Origin: an uncultured Christensenellaceae bacterium
Lineage (GTDB): Bacteria; Bacillota; Clostridia; Christensenellales; Borkfalkiaceae
Assembly: GCA_910588645.1 (NCBI GenBank)
Contig: CAJUOY010000008.1
Location: forward strand, 8,946-72,945
Direction of reading: 5' to 3'
Length of the DNA stretch: 64,000 bases
The translations under genes were made by a program, and so were the position numbers. The notes beneath the pieces were generated by a model. The model had not been told where the DNA came from, made no database searches, and saw only the letters and a list, made by a program, of their open reading frames with translations. Shown here piece by piece: positions 1 to 10,285 of this stretch (positions are counted from its first letter, which is position 1; each line of letters starts with the position of its first letter).

Positions 1-124
1 ACACCTGCGTACGCGAACGGTACTCCGAAGCACCCGCTTCTCTTATAGCTTGACAATATTTACACTTGCAGAATATTGAAGGAACGCCTTCCGCCGCGCC
101 CGTACCTAAAAACTTAATTTCCAT
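1..124 (-). CDS. MBL-fold metallo-hydrolase, N-terminal fragment (gene continues beyond the left edge)
   Basis: My own minus-strand translation from ATG at 124 gives MEIKFLGTGAAEGVPSIFCKCKYCQAIREAGASEYRSRTQV. The FLGTGxAxGxP plus CxCxxC N-terminus is typical of PhnP/YycJ-like MBL hydrolases. The frame stays open to the window edge. It is absent from the ORF track because it is truncated. Confidence 0.5.
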   Translation of the reverse strand, partial: MEIKFLGTGAAEGVPSIFCKCKYCQAIREAGASEYRSRTQV

Positions 125-140
125 AATGCATATAGTTTAA

Positions 141-162
141 GCGGGGCGAATATTCGCCCCGC
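141..162 (-). terminator. GC-rich hairpin downstream of dtd
   Basis: Perfect palindrome gcggggcg-aatatt-cgccccgc, 25 nt after the dtd stop. The U-tract on the minus strand is weak (ttaaactatat), so termination efficiency is uncertain. Confidence 0.4.
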
Positions 163-186
163 GCTTATTTTAATTTTGACCTGCAA

Positions 187-624
187 TCAAATTTCGTAAA
201 CGATTGTCACAGGGCCGTCATTGTACTGTTCTATTTTCATATCCGCTCCGAACACACCCATTTTGACCGTCAACCCGCAATTACGCAGACAATCTGCGGT
301 ATTTTCATATAACGCATTAGCCTTCTCGGGGCGCTCCGCTTCAATAAAACTTGGCCTGTTACCGTGCGAACAGTCCCCATACAACGTAAATTGTGAAATC
401 AATAAAATTTCTCCGCCCACGTCTTTTACGGACAAGTTCATTTTACCGTTTTCATCTTCGAAAATACGCATCGCCGCAATCTTTTTTGCCATTGCCTCGC
501 ACATAGATAAATTATCGCCTGTTTTTATTCCGAGATAAACGGCAAGTCCGCAAGGAATTTCCGAAATCAAATTGCCGTCAACCGACAAAACGGTTCTTTT
601 TACCCGTTGAATAACGGCTTTCAT
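187..624 (-). CDS. dtd: D-aminoacyl-tRNA deacylase
   Basis: 145 aa. MKAVIQRV N-terminus and SQFTLYGD / GNRPSF motifs characteristic of Dtd. Confidence 0.9.
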   Translation of the reverse strand: MKAVIQRVKRTVLSVDGNLISEIPCGLAVYLGIKTGDNLSMCEAMAKKIAAMRIFEDENGKMNLSVKDVGGEILLISQFTLYGDCSHGNRPSFIEAERPEKANALYENTADCLRNCGLTVKMGVFGADMKIEQYNDGPVTIVYEI

Positions 625-1199
625 TATTTTCCTACGCGGGACATATACTCGCCTGTACGGGTATCGATACGGATAGTTTCTCCCTCTTCCACAAACATAG
701 GAACCTGTACGGTTGCGCCCGTCTCAACAACTGCGTTCTTCATAGCGTTGGTTGCGGTATTGCCTTTAACTCCGGGTTCGCATTCGGTAATTTTAAGTTC
801 AACAAAATTTTCAGGCTCAACTGAGAATGCCGTTCCGTTAAGAGACTTTACGGTAACCATATCGTTCTCTTTTATAAATTTAAGAGCGTCCTCAACCTGA
901 GAAAGATTTAAAGTAATCATATCAAAAGTGTCGGGATCCATAAAGTAATAGAACTCGCCGTCAGTATAGGAATAAGTCATCTTCTTTGTTTCGACCTGAG
1001 CCGTTTCAAGCTTGGTCGTAGGGTTGAACGTAATGTCAGATAAAACTTGTCCGGTTACAACGTTTTTAAGCGTCGCTCTTACAAACGCCGCGCCTTTACC
1101 GGGTTTTACGTGCTGGAATTCCGTAACGGTATAAACGCCCTTTCCATTGTATTCGAACGTTGCGCCCTTTCTGATGTCTCCTGCCAAAATTGATGCCAT
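624..1199 (-). CDS. efp: Elongation factor P
   Basis: 191 aa. [27 protein letters not shown] is near-consensus EF-P, including the KPGKG loop. Confidence 0.95.
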   Translation of the reverse strand: MASILAGDIRKGATFEYNGKGVYTVTEFQHVKPGKGAAFVRATLKNVVTGQVLSDITFNPTTKLETAQVETKKMTYSYTDGEFYYFMDPDTFDMITLNLSQVEDALKFIKENDMVTVKSLNGTAFSVEPENFVELKITECEPGVKGNTATNAMKNAVVETGATVQVPMFVEEGETIRIDTRTGEYMSRVGK

Positions 1200-1252
1200 A
1201 TTTATTTTCTCCTTAAAATTTTATGTGTTTACGGATTTATCCGTCATTATAA

Positions 1253-2302
1253 CTAAATAATCGTTAACTTTTTATCGGAATCGGTCAAACTTATCACTTT
1301 GCCGTCTGCAAGCGTCACGGTATCCTCTATTCTTATTCCGAAATCACCTTCAAAATAAACACCTGGCTCGTCAGAAAATACCATACCATCCGTTAAAGTA
1401 TGTAAACTCTTAGGCGAGAGATTGGGATATTCGTGTACATTTATACCAATTCCGTGACCGAGCGAATGAGTAAAATACTTATCCAAACCGTATTTAGCAA
1501 GACAATCTCTTGCTATTGCATCGGCCTCGCGGCCCGACATACCCGAAACAAGCTTTTCCTTTAAAAGCATATGCGCTTCCAAAACCCTGTCATAGGCCTT
1601 TTTAAATTCGGAATGCTTACCATCATCACCGAAAAGGAAAGTCCTTGTACAGTCTGAACAGTAACCGCCCACCTTACATCCAAAATCTATTAGAATAATA
1701 TCCCCGAATTTAAGCTTTCTTTCACCCGTTTCATAATGAGGTACACTTGAATTGTTGCCGAATGCAACAATCGTCGAAAAACTCGTGCCGCTCGCACCGT
1801 ACAACCGCATAAGATATTCAAGTTCCGCCGCAGTCTCGTTTTCACTCATTCCTTCCTTAATTCTCGGAAGCAAATCGTTAAAAGCCCTATCGGTAATTTC
1901 ACAAGCTTTTTTTATAAATCCCAATTCATACGGTTGTTTTATCGACATTTCCTGTGCAAATACATCTCCGCTATCCACAATATCCAATCCTATATCGGAA
2001 AGTTTTTTATACTCACCGTAATACGTACGTGACAATGGTATTGCAATTTGCTTATAGCTTTTCAATAAATTTTCAAGCGGACCGACAAATTGTTTTACTG
2101 CAATGTCCGTATCTTTCAAAGCTTCTTTAGCTCCTTCTAGATAGCGGGCATCCGTATAAAAAACATTGCCGTTTTTATCGCTTAAAACATATCCAAATGA
2201 CGTGGAAAGTCCTGTAAGGTACTGTCTTAAATCGGACTGCTCGGTCAAAACCGCTTCAGCTCCGATTTTTTTATAAAGTTTACATGCGTTAGTATGAATC
2301 AT
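1253..2302 (-). CDS. M24 family Xaa-Pro aminopeptidase
   Basis: 349 aa. Pita-bread metal-ligand motifs DFGCKVGGYCSDCTRT, HSLGHGIGINVHE, EPGVY and IRIEDT. This family is a common neighbour of efp. Confidence 0.85.
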   Translation of the reverse strand: MIHTNACKLYKKIGAEAVLTEQSDLRQYLTGLSTSFGYVLSDKNGNVFYTDARYLEGAKEALKDTDIAVKQFVGPLENLLKSYKQIAIPLSRTYYGEYKKLSDIGLDIVDSGDVFAQEMSIKQPYELGFIKKACEITDRAFNDLLPRIKEGMSENETAAELEYLMRLYGASGTSFSTIVAFGNNSSVPHYETGERKLKFGDIILIDFGCKVGGYCSDCTRTFLFGDDGKHSEFKKAYDRVLEAHMLLKEKLVSGMSGREADAIARDCLAKYGLDKYFTHSLGHGIGINVHEYPNLSPKSLHTLTDGMVFSDEPGVYFEGDFGIRIEDTVTLADGKVISLTDSDKKLTII

Positions 2303-2337
2303 AAAGCCTTTACCGTTTTATTGTACCAAATTAATAA

Positions 2338-3189
2338 TTATATGTCAACACTTCTGTAAATATCTTTCATTGCAAGAGCATCGTCCGATTGCGTTCCCGC
2401 AGATTCACAAATAATATAGGGCTCTAATTTGAGCGTTTTTAACGCAACTGCAAGCGGTTCGAACGACGGCCCGTAAACGTCGTCCTCAAACGTCAAATGC
2501 TTGATTTCACCTTTGCCGCCATACATTATTTTTGAAAAATGCACATGAAAATGCTTAACTCTGTCATAGCCCAACTCCGATATCATAAAACCCAAACGAT
2601 CAATATAATCATTCACAGTTTTAAGACTACCCTGTTCGCGTGCATTTATGTGCCCGAAGTCTATTGCCGGCAAAAAACAATTATCAATTTTGCAAAAGTC
2701 GACGACTTCATTCAGCGTTCCTATTTGCGCTAACTTACCCATAGTCTCGGGACAGAATTTAAGGTTTTCATAGCCGTTAAGATAAATATAGTCACGGAGT
2801 ACTTTTAGCCTGTCCAAAGTTTTAGCTACGGCCTCCTCTCGCGAGACTTTACCTTGTGCCGCGGGATGAAACACAACTCTCTCCCCTCCCATCAATCTTA
2901 ATGCAACCGCGCTCTGTAAAACATAGTTATAAGATTTTTGAGCCGCTCCATCGTCAGGATTTGCAAAGTTTATGAAATACGGTGCGTGAACACTGATTTC
3001 CACACCGTTTTCTTTAAATGCTTGACCTATGCTGATTGCCTTACTCTCCGATAAGTTTACGCCGCGGCCAAAAGAATATTCAAAACAATCCAACCCCATT
3101 TCTTTACAAAAAACGGCAGACTGCTCGGAATGTTTTAAACCTACGTCGTAAAATGCCTGTGAATTACCGCTGGGACCGAATTTAATCAT
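2338..3189 (-). CDS. Endonuclease IV-like / xylose-isomerase-like TIM-barrel protein
   Basis: 283 aa. Ligand-like pattern HAPYFIN, FHPAA, PETMG, DFGH, HVHFS and ICES resembles the Nfo / AP endonuclease 2 fold. Substrate cannot be assigned. Confidence 0.6.
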   Translation of the reverse strand: MIKFGPSGNSQAFYDVGLKHSEQSAVFCKEMGLDCFEYSFGRGVNLSESKAISIGQAFKENGVEISVHAPYFINFANPDDGAAQKSYNYVLQSAVALRLMGGERVVFHPAAQGKVSREEAVAKTLDRLKVLRDYIYLNGYENLKFCPETMGKLAQIGTLNEVVDFCKIDNCFLPAIDFGHINAREQGSLKTVNDYIDRLGFMISELGYDRVKHFHVHFSKIMYGGKGEIKHLTFEDDVYGPSFEPLAVALKTLKLEPYIICESAGTQSDDALAMKDIYRSVDI

Positions 3190-4960
3190 TAATTTCCTCT
3201 TTATTATCGGTTATGACTTCCTCAGTTAAGTTATCGTTAACTTCGTTTATTTCTTCTTTCGATATTTCGGTTTCCATTAATGAATCTTCGCTTGTCGCAA
3301 CAGCTTCTGCTACAAGTTCTTCAACAAAATCATCGGATATACTATCTTCGGCAACAGCTGTTTTCTCTTCCGATACTTCCGCTGCTGTCTCTTCGCTTAA
3401 CTCGGTTGTATTTGTTGTAAACTCCTCATTAATCTCTTCTGAATTGTTCTCAACGGCTATTATTTCTTCCGAATTTTCCGCTACTGTCTCTTCATATATC
3501 TCAAGTTCAGCCGCTGTAAAATCTTTAACTAAATCCTCCGACAAGCTATCTTCGATTATGTTTGTTGTATCTTCCGATATTTCCGTTACAACTTCATTAT
3601 TTAACTCGGAGGGCTCTGTTGTGGTCTCTTCAATAACTTCATAAGATAAACTAACCTCGACTGTAATCTCTTCAGCAGTTTCGTCCGTTATCGTCGTTTC
3701 GTTTAATTCAAGTATTTCTTCCGATATTTCTTCGGCAATCTCATCATCCGGGTTATCTTCGACACTGCTTGTAACTTCTTCCGACGTTTCAACAGCTTTT
3801 ACCGTTTCTTCGCTTGCGGCAGATATCTCTAAAGAAACATCTTCAACGTATTCGACATATGAACTATCATCAACTCCAATCGTAACTTCTTTCAAAACCA
3901 CACTGTTATTTTCATTAGCAGGCTCTTCTGTAGCTACAAGTTCAACAGCCGGCAATTCTTCGGCAACAGCTGTCTCACATTCCGTTACGCTGTCAAGCAA
4001 CTCATCGTCAGATTTAGGCTGTTCCTTTACATCTGAAACTTCATCGCTGTCAACGGCAATTTCCGTTTCTTCGTCAAGACAACGCAAATCTTTTGAAAGT
4101 TGATCTCCAAGCTGTTCTGCATTTTCAAATTTAACTATATCTCTTATGAAATCAATAAATTCAACGGTAACCGCCTCATCGTAATTTTCTCCGCTGTAGC
4201 CTTTTAAATATACCTCCAAAACAGGAGCATCCTCTTCAAAAGTAGGTCTTGAACCGTAATTTGCAATTCCGTAATATTCCTGGCCGTTAACAAAGCATTT
4301 AACTTTATATACGCCCTGCTTGACTTCATATTTATTTTTACCCCACTCTATATTCATAGTAGGATAACCTATAATTTTTCCGCCTCTGTCCGCGCCGTGT
4401 ATGACTTTACCGCTTACAGAATAATTTCTTCCAAGTAATTCGCTTGCACGCAAAACATCTCCACTTTCCAAAAACGATTTTATCAGCGTAGTGCTGACTT
4501 TTTCGTCGTCATATATGACGTCTTTTACAGTCATATACCATACGCCGTTATCCTCGTCTTCCGCATAATTTTTTAACGTAGAGGCTTTACCTTTTTTTCC
4601 CTGACCGAACCGAAAATCTTTGCCGCTCATATAAGCTTTTAAATTGAGCTTATCTTCGATGCAGGCAAGGAAATCCATGGGCTTAATATTCTTAAATTCT
4701 TCCGTAAAATCAATTTTAAGGACAAACTTAACATTAAACTGTTCAAGAAACCGCATTCTTTCTTCGAAGCTATAAAGATATTTTCCGCCTTTACCGTCGG
4801 CAAACATCATTACGCCAAGGTCAAGGCCGTTAATTTTAGCCTGCAACTTAGCCTTTTTGAGAAGCTCCGCATGACCTATGTGCAGTCCGTCAAAACAGCC
4901 CAATACAAGCAGACAAGGAAAATCGTACTCGTCTATACCGTAATTGACTATCTCTAACAT
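3182..4960 (-). CDS. ribF: Bifunctional riboflavin kinase / FAD synthetase with a long acidic C-terminal extension
   Basis: The first ~295 aa carry GCFDGLHIGH (nucleotidyltransferase), IGYPTMN, GIANYGSRPTF and LEVYL (riboflavin kinase). truB-ribF synteny supports the call. The remaining ~295 aa are E/D/T/S/V-rich low complexity. Confidence 0.85.
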   Translation of the reverse strand: MLEIVNYGIDEYDFPCLLVLGCFDGLHIGHAELLKKAKLQAKINGLDLGVMMFADGKGGKYLYSFEERMRFLEQFNVKFVLKIDFTEEFKNIKPMDFLACIEDKLNLKAYMSGKDFRFGQGKKGKASTLKNYAEDEDNGVWYMTVKDVIYDDEKVSTTLIKSFLESGDVLRASELLGRNYSVSGKVIHGADRGGKIIGYPTMNIEWGKNKYEVKQGVYKVKCFVNGQEYYGIANYGSRPTFEEDAPVLEVYLKGYSGENYDEAVTVEFIDFIRDIVKFENAEQLGDQLSKDLRCLDEETEIAVDSDEVSDVKEQPKSDDELLDSVTECETAVAEELPAVELVATEEPANENNSVVLKEVTIGVDDSSYVEYVEDVSLEISAASEETVKAVETSEEVTSSVEDNPDDEIAEEISEEILELNETTITDETAEEITVEVSLSYEVIEETTTEPSELNNEVVTEISEDTTNIIEDSLSEDLVKDFTAAELEIYEETVAENSEEIIAVENNSEEINEEFTTNTTELSEETAAEVSEEKTAVAEDSISDDFVEELVAEAVATSEDSLMETEISKEEINEVNDNLTEEVITDNKEEIND

Positions 4961-5796
4961 AGTTTTGTCCTCACTTTTAAAATCGATTCGGCAACTTCGG
5001 CTATGCCGTAAAAATTGCCTTCTCTGTAAATTTTATATAATCCGTTCGGTTTATCGCAAGTTACCGAAAGTCCGTTAAATAATTTGAAAGAACTCTTTTC
5101 ATCGGGATACAGCGATTCATACGACAGAACGCTTTCGGTAGGAATAATGTATTTTGAAACATTATCGCAATCAAGCAATTCCGTTTTTACGGAACTTTCC
5201 AAAGTAAAAACACCGCTCTGCGTTCTTTCAAGTGAACTCATAACTGCGCAGGTACCCAACACTTCGGCAATATCGCGGGCAAGCGAGCGAATATAAGTTC
5301 CGCCGCCGCATTCGATATCAAAATAAAAATCTGCGCCGTCTTGTCCTTTTAGATCAATAGAATAAACTTTTACTTTTTTAGCGGGCAATTCAAAATCAAC
5401 GCCTGCACGGGCAAGCTCGTAGCCGCGCCGTCCCGAAACATTCTTTGCGCTGTACTTAGGGGGCACTTGCATTATTTCCCCTATAAAATTATTTAAAACA
5501 TCATTTATTTCCGAAAAATCAGGTACTCTTCCGGAATTTTGCTTTACTTCGCCTGTAATATCCAAAGTATCACTGTCTACTCCAAAACGAAACGTAGCCG
5601 AGTATTTTTTATGCTTGTCGGAAAAGTAATCAAAAAGTCTTGCTGCATTGCCCACAGCTATAGGTAGTACGCCGGAGGCCATTGGATCCAAAGTGCCCAT
5701 ATGCCCGCAAGGAGTTTTTGTCAATCGCTTGATTACGGCAACTTCGCGCGCCGAACTGACGTCTTTGACTTTATTAACGTTTATAAAACCTGTCAT
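4954..5796 (-). CDS. truB: tRNA pseudouridine(55) synthase
   Basis: 280 aa. GHMGTLDPMASGVLP catalytic-Asp motif and QVPPKYSAKNV. Lies in the conserved rbfA-truB-ribF order. Confidence 0.9.
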   Translation of the reverse strand: MTGFINVNKVKDVSSAREVAVIKRLTKTPCGHMGTLDPMASGVLPIAVGNAARLFDYFSDKHKKYSATFRFGVDSDTLDITGEVKQNSGRVPDFSEINDVLNNFIGEIMQVPPKYSAKNVSGRRGYELARAGVDFELPAKKVKVYSIDLKGQDGADFYFDIECGGGTYIRSLARDIAEVLGTCAVMSSLERTQSGVFTLESSVKTELLDCDNVSKYIIPTESVLSYESLYPDEKSSFKLFNGLSVTCDKPNGLYKIYREGNFYGIAEVAESILKVRTKLC

Positions 5797-6755
5797 AAGT
5801 TCTGATATACCGCGTAAGTAAGTTTATCCAAGACTTCTTCCAATGAGCCGAAAAGCATACAACCGCTTGCAAGAACGTGACCGCCGCCCCCGAAAGTTGC
5901 GGCCAAAGAACTCACATTGACTTTACCTTTACTGCGAAGCGAAACTTTATACTGTCCCGTCTTATTTTCCATAATAGAAGCCGCTACTTCCACCCCGTCC
6001 ACAGACAGAGGAAAATCCACAAATCCTTCAGTCACGCCGGCTTCGGCTCCTGCCTTAACCAGATCTTCCAAAGTAATAACTACATATGCAAACTTGTCCT
6101 CAAGGGCGAAACGCAATTTACTTGCTGCAATTCCGTATAGCAATGCTCTGGCCTTTGACTGACGGCCGTACATATTGTAGTTTATTAAATTCATATCGGC
6201 GCCTTTTTCTCTCAAAAATGCGCCCGTAAGATACGTTCTCGGAGTTACGTCGAGATGAGTGAAATTCCCGCTATCGGTAATTAATCCCAACATAAGCAAT
6301 TCGGCAACGTCCTTTGTTATTTCAAATCCCGAAACTTTTAAAAGCTCCGTCATTATTTCGCATGTGGCGGGACAGACTTCTACAAAGTTGTAATCGCCGT
6401 AACCGTCGTTGGAAATGTGATGATCTACGTTTAATTTAATGCCCTTAAATTTTGCATAACATTTTGAGAATATACCCAACCGCTGCAAATCAGCGCAATC
6501 TACGCTTACAAAAGTATCGAAATTGTGTCCTGTAAATTCGTTTTTAACAAGCGAAACCGCCGAAAGAAACGAGAATTTTTCAGGAGGCAAATCTTCGCAA
6601 AAAACAAATGCTTTTTTACCTGCGTTATTTAACGCAAGACAAAGCGCAAGGCCACTGCCCAATGTATCGCCGTCAGGTCTGACATGACAAAAAATTGCAA
6701 CTTCCTTTGATTTATTCAGTTGTTCGGAAATTGCTTCAAGCGTATTATTTTTCAT
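5793..6755 (-). CDS. nrnA: DHH/DHHA1 phosphoesterase (NrnA-like oligoribonuclease / pAp phosphatase)
   Basis: 320 aa. HVRPDGDTLGS, VDHHISN and C-terminal GGGGH motifs. Confidence 0.75.
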   Translation of the reverse strand: MKNNTLEAISEQLNKSKEVAIFCHVRPDGDTLGSGLALCLALNNAGKKAFVFCEDLPPEKFSFLSAVSLVKNEFTGHNFDTFVSVDCADLQRLGIFSKCYAKFKGIKLNVDHHISNDGYGDYNFVEVCPATCEIMTELLKVSGFEITKDVAELLMLGLITDSGNFTHLDVTPRTYLTGAFLREKGADMNLINYNMYGRQSKARALLYGIAASKLRFALEDKFAYVVITLEDLVKAGAEAGVTEGFVDFPLSVDGVEVAASIMENKTGQYKVSLRSKGKVNVSSLAATFGGGGHVLASGCMLFGSLEEVLDKLTYAVYQNL

Positions 6756-7107
6756 TTTTATCGAGATCGGATAGTATTTTATCTATCTTTTCACCATACT
6801 CCATACTTCCGTCTTTTATAAATCTTAACTCGGGTACCGTTCTCAGACGCATTACCTGAGACAACTCATATCTTATCAACCCCGCGTTTTCCTTTATTGT
6901 ATTGAAACTGACCTCGCCGCGTTCTTTATCCGTATCGAAAATACTTATATACACTCTCGCGCTTTTTAAATCAGGTGCGACATCGACTTCCGTTACGCTT
7001 ATCACTTTTGAAAGTTCGGGAAACTCAGATCTGAGTTTCCCTGAAATGACGTTGTATATTTCTTTTTGGAATTCGCCGGCTAGGCGTTCTCCTCTAATTC
7101 CTTTCAT
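6745..7107 (-). CDS. rbfA: Ribosome-binding factor A
   Basis: 120 aa. VTEVDVAPDLKSARVYIS and LRTVPELRF motifs. Lies immediately downstream of infB. Confidence 0.9.
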   Translation of the reverse strand: MKGIRGERLAGEFQKEIYNVISGKLRSEFPELSKVISVTEVDVAPDLKSARVYISIFDTDKERGEVSFNTIKENAGLIRYELSQVMRLRTVPELRFIKDGSMEYGEKIDKILSDLDKNEK

Positions 7108-7109
7108 AA

Positions 7110-9671
7110 TTAATCCTGTTTGATTTCTTCAACCTGATAGCATTCTATTATGTCGCCGATTTTTATATCGTTAAAGCCCTCGATTGCACAACCGCATTCA
7201 AAGCCTGCCGCAACTTCCTTGACGTCGTCTTTAAACCGTTTAAGCTGTCTCACGCCGCCTTCGACAATGAGAATATCCTCGCGATATATTCTGAGCTTAC
7301 CGCCGCGAACAATCTTACCGTCAAGCACGTAACAGCCCGCAATATTGCCGGCACCGGTAATTTTGAACGTCTGACGGACTTCGCATTTACCGAGCATGAC
7401 GTCCTGATACTTGGGAGTACGCATACCTTTGAGCGCGGCTTCCATATCGTCTAACAGCTCGTAAATAATCCTATACGTTCTTACGTCAATCTTACTTCTT
7501 TCGGCAAGCGCTTTTGCCTTGACATCGGGACGGACATTAAAGCAAAGAATCATCGCTTTTGCAGACTCCGCAAGCATTACGTCGGTCTCCGTGACCGCGC
7601 CCGCGGCGCTGTGAATGACTTTAACCTGTACTTCCTCGTTGGTAAGTTTAAGAACCGACTGTTTTACCGCTTCAACAGAACCTTGTACGTCTCCCTTTAT
7701 AATAAGATTGAGATTTTTTATTTTCTCGTCGGGGAACGCCTCGTCAAAGTCTACGTTCTTAATAGCCTTGGTTTTCTCTATACTGATTTTATCCTTTCTT
7801 TCCGAGAGAACCTGCTTCATAAGAGCCTGCGATACAGCGTTTATAGTATCTCCAGAATTGGGAACTTCTTCAAATCCAAGCACATTAACGGCCATAGAAG
7901 GTCCAGCTTCTTTGACAGTCCTGCCCATATCGTCTATCATTGCGCGGACTTTACCCATTGTAAGACCGGAAATAATGTTATCTCCGGTATGCAAAGTACC
8001 GTTCTGCACAAGAACCGTGGCAACAGGGCCTTTACCTTTATCAAGGCGTGCTTCGATAATAATTCCTCTGGCCTCTTTTGCGGGATTTGCAAGCAATTCA
8101 TTCATTTCGGAAATAAGAATTAAGCTCTCCAACAGGTTGTCTATGCCTTCGCCCGTCTTACATGAAATGGGACAAGCAACGACTTTGCCGCCGAAATCTT
8201 CCGTAACAATGCCGTAATTCAACAGATCCTGCTTTACTCGCTGAATATTTGCCGCAACCTTATCTATCTTGTTTATTGCAACAATAATTTCAACGCCTGC
8301 GGCCTTTGCGTGATTTATAGCTTCCACAGTCTGCGGCATTATACCGTCGTCCGCGGCAACTACAAGTATAACGATGTCCGTAACCTGCGCTCCGCGGGCA
8401 CGCATTGCAGTGAACGCCTCGTGTCCGGGTGTGTCTATGAAAGTAATACCTTTACCATTGACTTTAACGGTATAAGCGCCTATATGCTGGGTAATACCGC
8501 CAGCCTCACCTGCGGTAACTTTTGACTTTCTTATATAATCAAGTAAAGAAGTTTTACCGTGGTCTACGTGTCCCATAACGGTAACTACGGGAGCGCGGGG
8601 CACAAGCTGTTCTATTTCTTCAACAGTATCAGCCTGTTGCTCTATCAATACGTCTTCCGCAGTCTTTTCGGGACGATATTCAAGCTCAACGCCGAAATCA
8701 GCCGCAATAAGCGCCGCGGTATCGTAATCTATCGAACCGTTCACATTGGTCATAACGCCTTCTTTGAAAAGACGGTTAACTATAACCGCAGCCGTTATAC
8801 CGATCTTTTCCGACAAAGTTTTAATAGGGATGTCGGACGTGGTTACGATTGCGTGCTCGATTTTGATATTTTGTACGGTCTTCTGCTTATCTTTTTTAAC
8901 ACGCAGTTTTCTGTATCCGCTCTTGTTCTCGTCGAAATCGTCAATACTTGCGCCCTGCTGTTTTGCAAGAGTACGCTTATTGATAGTATGCCTGTCTTTT
9001 TCAACATAAGTCTTTTCAAAGCTCTGTTTTTTCTTGTCGGGACCGAAATTTTTACCCTTAGCCGCCGTAGGCATTGCCGCGGGGGCGGGAGCAACGTACT
9101 TCTGTCCGCCGGCAGGACGAGGCGCACTGTTCTGATTAGTGCGTTGCCCGAAAGCAGGTTTTTGAGGACGATTTTCACGGTTAATGAAAGTCTTATTATC
9201 AGGACGTCTGTGCCCGGCTATCTGCGACTGATCTACGTGTCTTAAAATAAAGGAAGGCTTGGCCTTTTCGGCGGGCTTTTCATCAGCTTTTTTATCGGAC
9301 TTTTCGATTTTCTCCGCTGATTTTTCGTTAGCCTTTACAACAGCTTTATTCTCTTCCTTATTCTTCTCCGTAGGCAGTTTTTCACTCTTGACCGAAGAAA
9401 CGGGCTTTATCTCCTGCTGTTCGTTTCTAACCTCGACAACAACTTCCTCAGGTTTTTCAGGCAAGCTTTCGGCTTGCTTGATCTCGGCCGCCGCTTTTGC
9501 CGCCAACTCCTCCTCTGCCCGCTTTTGTCTTGCCGCCGTTTCAAGTTCGTTTAACTTTTTCAATATATCGGAAGCGGTTTTTTCCGCAACGGAAATTCTC
9601 TTTGAAAGTTCGGCCACTGCGCCGTTTTTAATTAATTTACCAATATTCTCTATATTCTCGTATTTTGCCAT
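7110..9671 (-). CDS. infB: Translation initiation factor IF-2
   Basis: GTPase motifs [20 protein letters not shown] and NKID, plus a K/E/A-rich N-terminal region. Start trimmed to ATG 9671 (MAKYENIEN), one nt after the ylxQ stop, with GGAGG upstream. The ORF track extends to 9713. Confidence 0.95.
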   Translation of the reverse strand: MAKYENIENIGKLIKNGAVAELSKRISVAEKTASDILKKLNELETAARQKRAEEELAAKAAAEIKQAESLPEKPEEVVVEVRNEQQEIKPVSSVKSEKLPTEKNKEENKAVVKANEKSAEKIEKSDKKADEKPAEKAKPSFILRHVDQSQIAGHRRPDNKTFINRENRPQKPAFGQRTNQNSAPRPAGGQKYVAPAPAAMPTAAKGKNFGPDKKKQSFEKTYVEKDRHTINKRTLAKQQGASIDDFDENKSGYRKLRVKKDKQKTVQNIKIEHAIVTTSDIPIKTLSEKIGITAAVIVNRLFKEGVMTNVNGSIDYDTAALIAADFGVELEYRPEKTAEDVLIEQQADTVEEIEQLVPRAPVVTVMGHVDHGKTSLLDYIRKSKVTAGEAGGITQHIGAYTVKVNGKGITFIDTPGHEAFTAMRARGAQVTDIVILVVAADDGIMPQTVEAINHAKAAGVEIIVAINKIDKVAANIQRVKQDLLNYGIVTEDFGGKVVACPISCKTGEGIDNLLESLILISEMNELLANPAKEARGIIIEARLDKGKGPVATVLVQNGTLHTGDNIISGLTMGKVRAMIDDMGRTVKEAGPSMAVNVLGFEEVPNSGDTINAVSQALMKQVLSERKDKISIEKTKAIKNVDFDEAFPDEKIKNLNLIIKGDVQGSVEAVKQSVLKLTNEEVQVKVIHSAAGAVTETDVMLAESAKAMILCFNVRPDVKAKALAERSKIDVRTYRIIYELLDDMEAALKGMRTPKYQDVMLGKCEVRQTFKITGAGNIAGCYVLDGKIVRGGKLRIYREDILIVEGGVRQLKRFKDDVKEVAAGFECGCAIEGFNDIKIGDIIECYQVEEIKQD

Positions 9672-9672
9672 A

Positions 9673-9996
9673 TTATCTATCGCCTCCGAAATATAATTCG
9701 TAAGTTTCATCAAGGCTCGTCAATATTGCCTTGGATAATTCTCTGTCTCTAATAGCGGCTATCTTGCATCCGCTCTTATTTACCGCCGCTTCGAAACCCG
9801 ATTTGCAAACAATCAGCGGACAAGAAAATCTGTTTTTGAATTTCAGCGCAAGCTTTTGCGTATTTTTTGCGGCTTCAGCGTCAACTATTATTAAATAAAC
9901 ACCGCTTTTTAAACTATATATACCGCCCGAACCGAGCGTTATTTTACCTGACTTTATACAAAACCCGATATAGGTTTCAATTTTTCCTTTTGACAA
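9673..9996 (-). CDS. ylxQ: L7Ae-family RNA-binding protein (YlxQ-like)
   Basis: 107 aa lying between ylxR and infB, as in Bacillota nusA operons. G/K-rich L7Ae-like core. Confidence 0.75.
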   Translation of the reverse strand: MSKGKIETYIGFCIKSGKITLGSGGIYSLKSGVYLIIVDAEAAKNTQKLALKFKNRFSCPLIVCKSGFEAAVNKSGCKIAAIRDRELSKAILTSLDETYELYFGGDR

Positions 9997-10252
9997 GATA
10001 TTCCTCCTCTATAGCGGAATAGACGTCATCGTCAACAGCACAGGAAAAAGTTTTATTCAAAAGTCGCTTTTGTTTCAGTTTTTTTATACATTCTTGATTG
10101 TCGCAAACATAAGCTCCCCGACCGGAAGCCTTTGAAGAAAAATCAAGAAATATTTTTCCCGAACCGTCCTTTACGACTCTGAGCATATCTTTCTTTTCCT
10201 TCATCTCGCGACAAACTATGCACATTCTTTGCGGCATTTTTTTTATCTGCAT
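9977..10252 (-). CDS. ylxR: YlxR/DUF448 family RNA-binding protein
   Basis: 91 aa. PQRMCIVCREMKEKKDMLRVV and GRGAYVC motifs. Lies directly after nusA. Confidence 0.8.
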   Translation of the reverse strand: MQIKKMPQRMCIVCREMKEKKDMLRVVKDGSGKIFLDFSSKASGRGAYVCDNQECIKKLKQKRLLNKTFSCAVDDDVYSAIEEEYLVKRKN

Positions 10253-10285
10253 AATAAATCTATAAAAACTCCGATTTATATATCG

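Noticed and set aside
3213-3644. 143-aa Ser-rich plus-strand ORF
   Set aside because: It is the antisense reading of the GAA/GAT/ACT-rich acidic tail of ribF. It is a compositional mirror artefact with no SD or promoter.
7611-9696. Several long plus-strand ORFs (170, 200, 228 and 145 aa) and a minus-strand alternative-frame ORF (8843..9178) inside infB
   Set aside because: All are embedded in the well-supported IF-2 gene. They have low-complexity or hydrophobic junk-like sequences, and no signals support independent expression.
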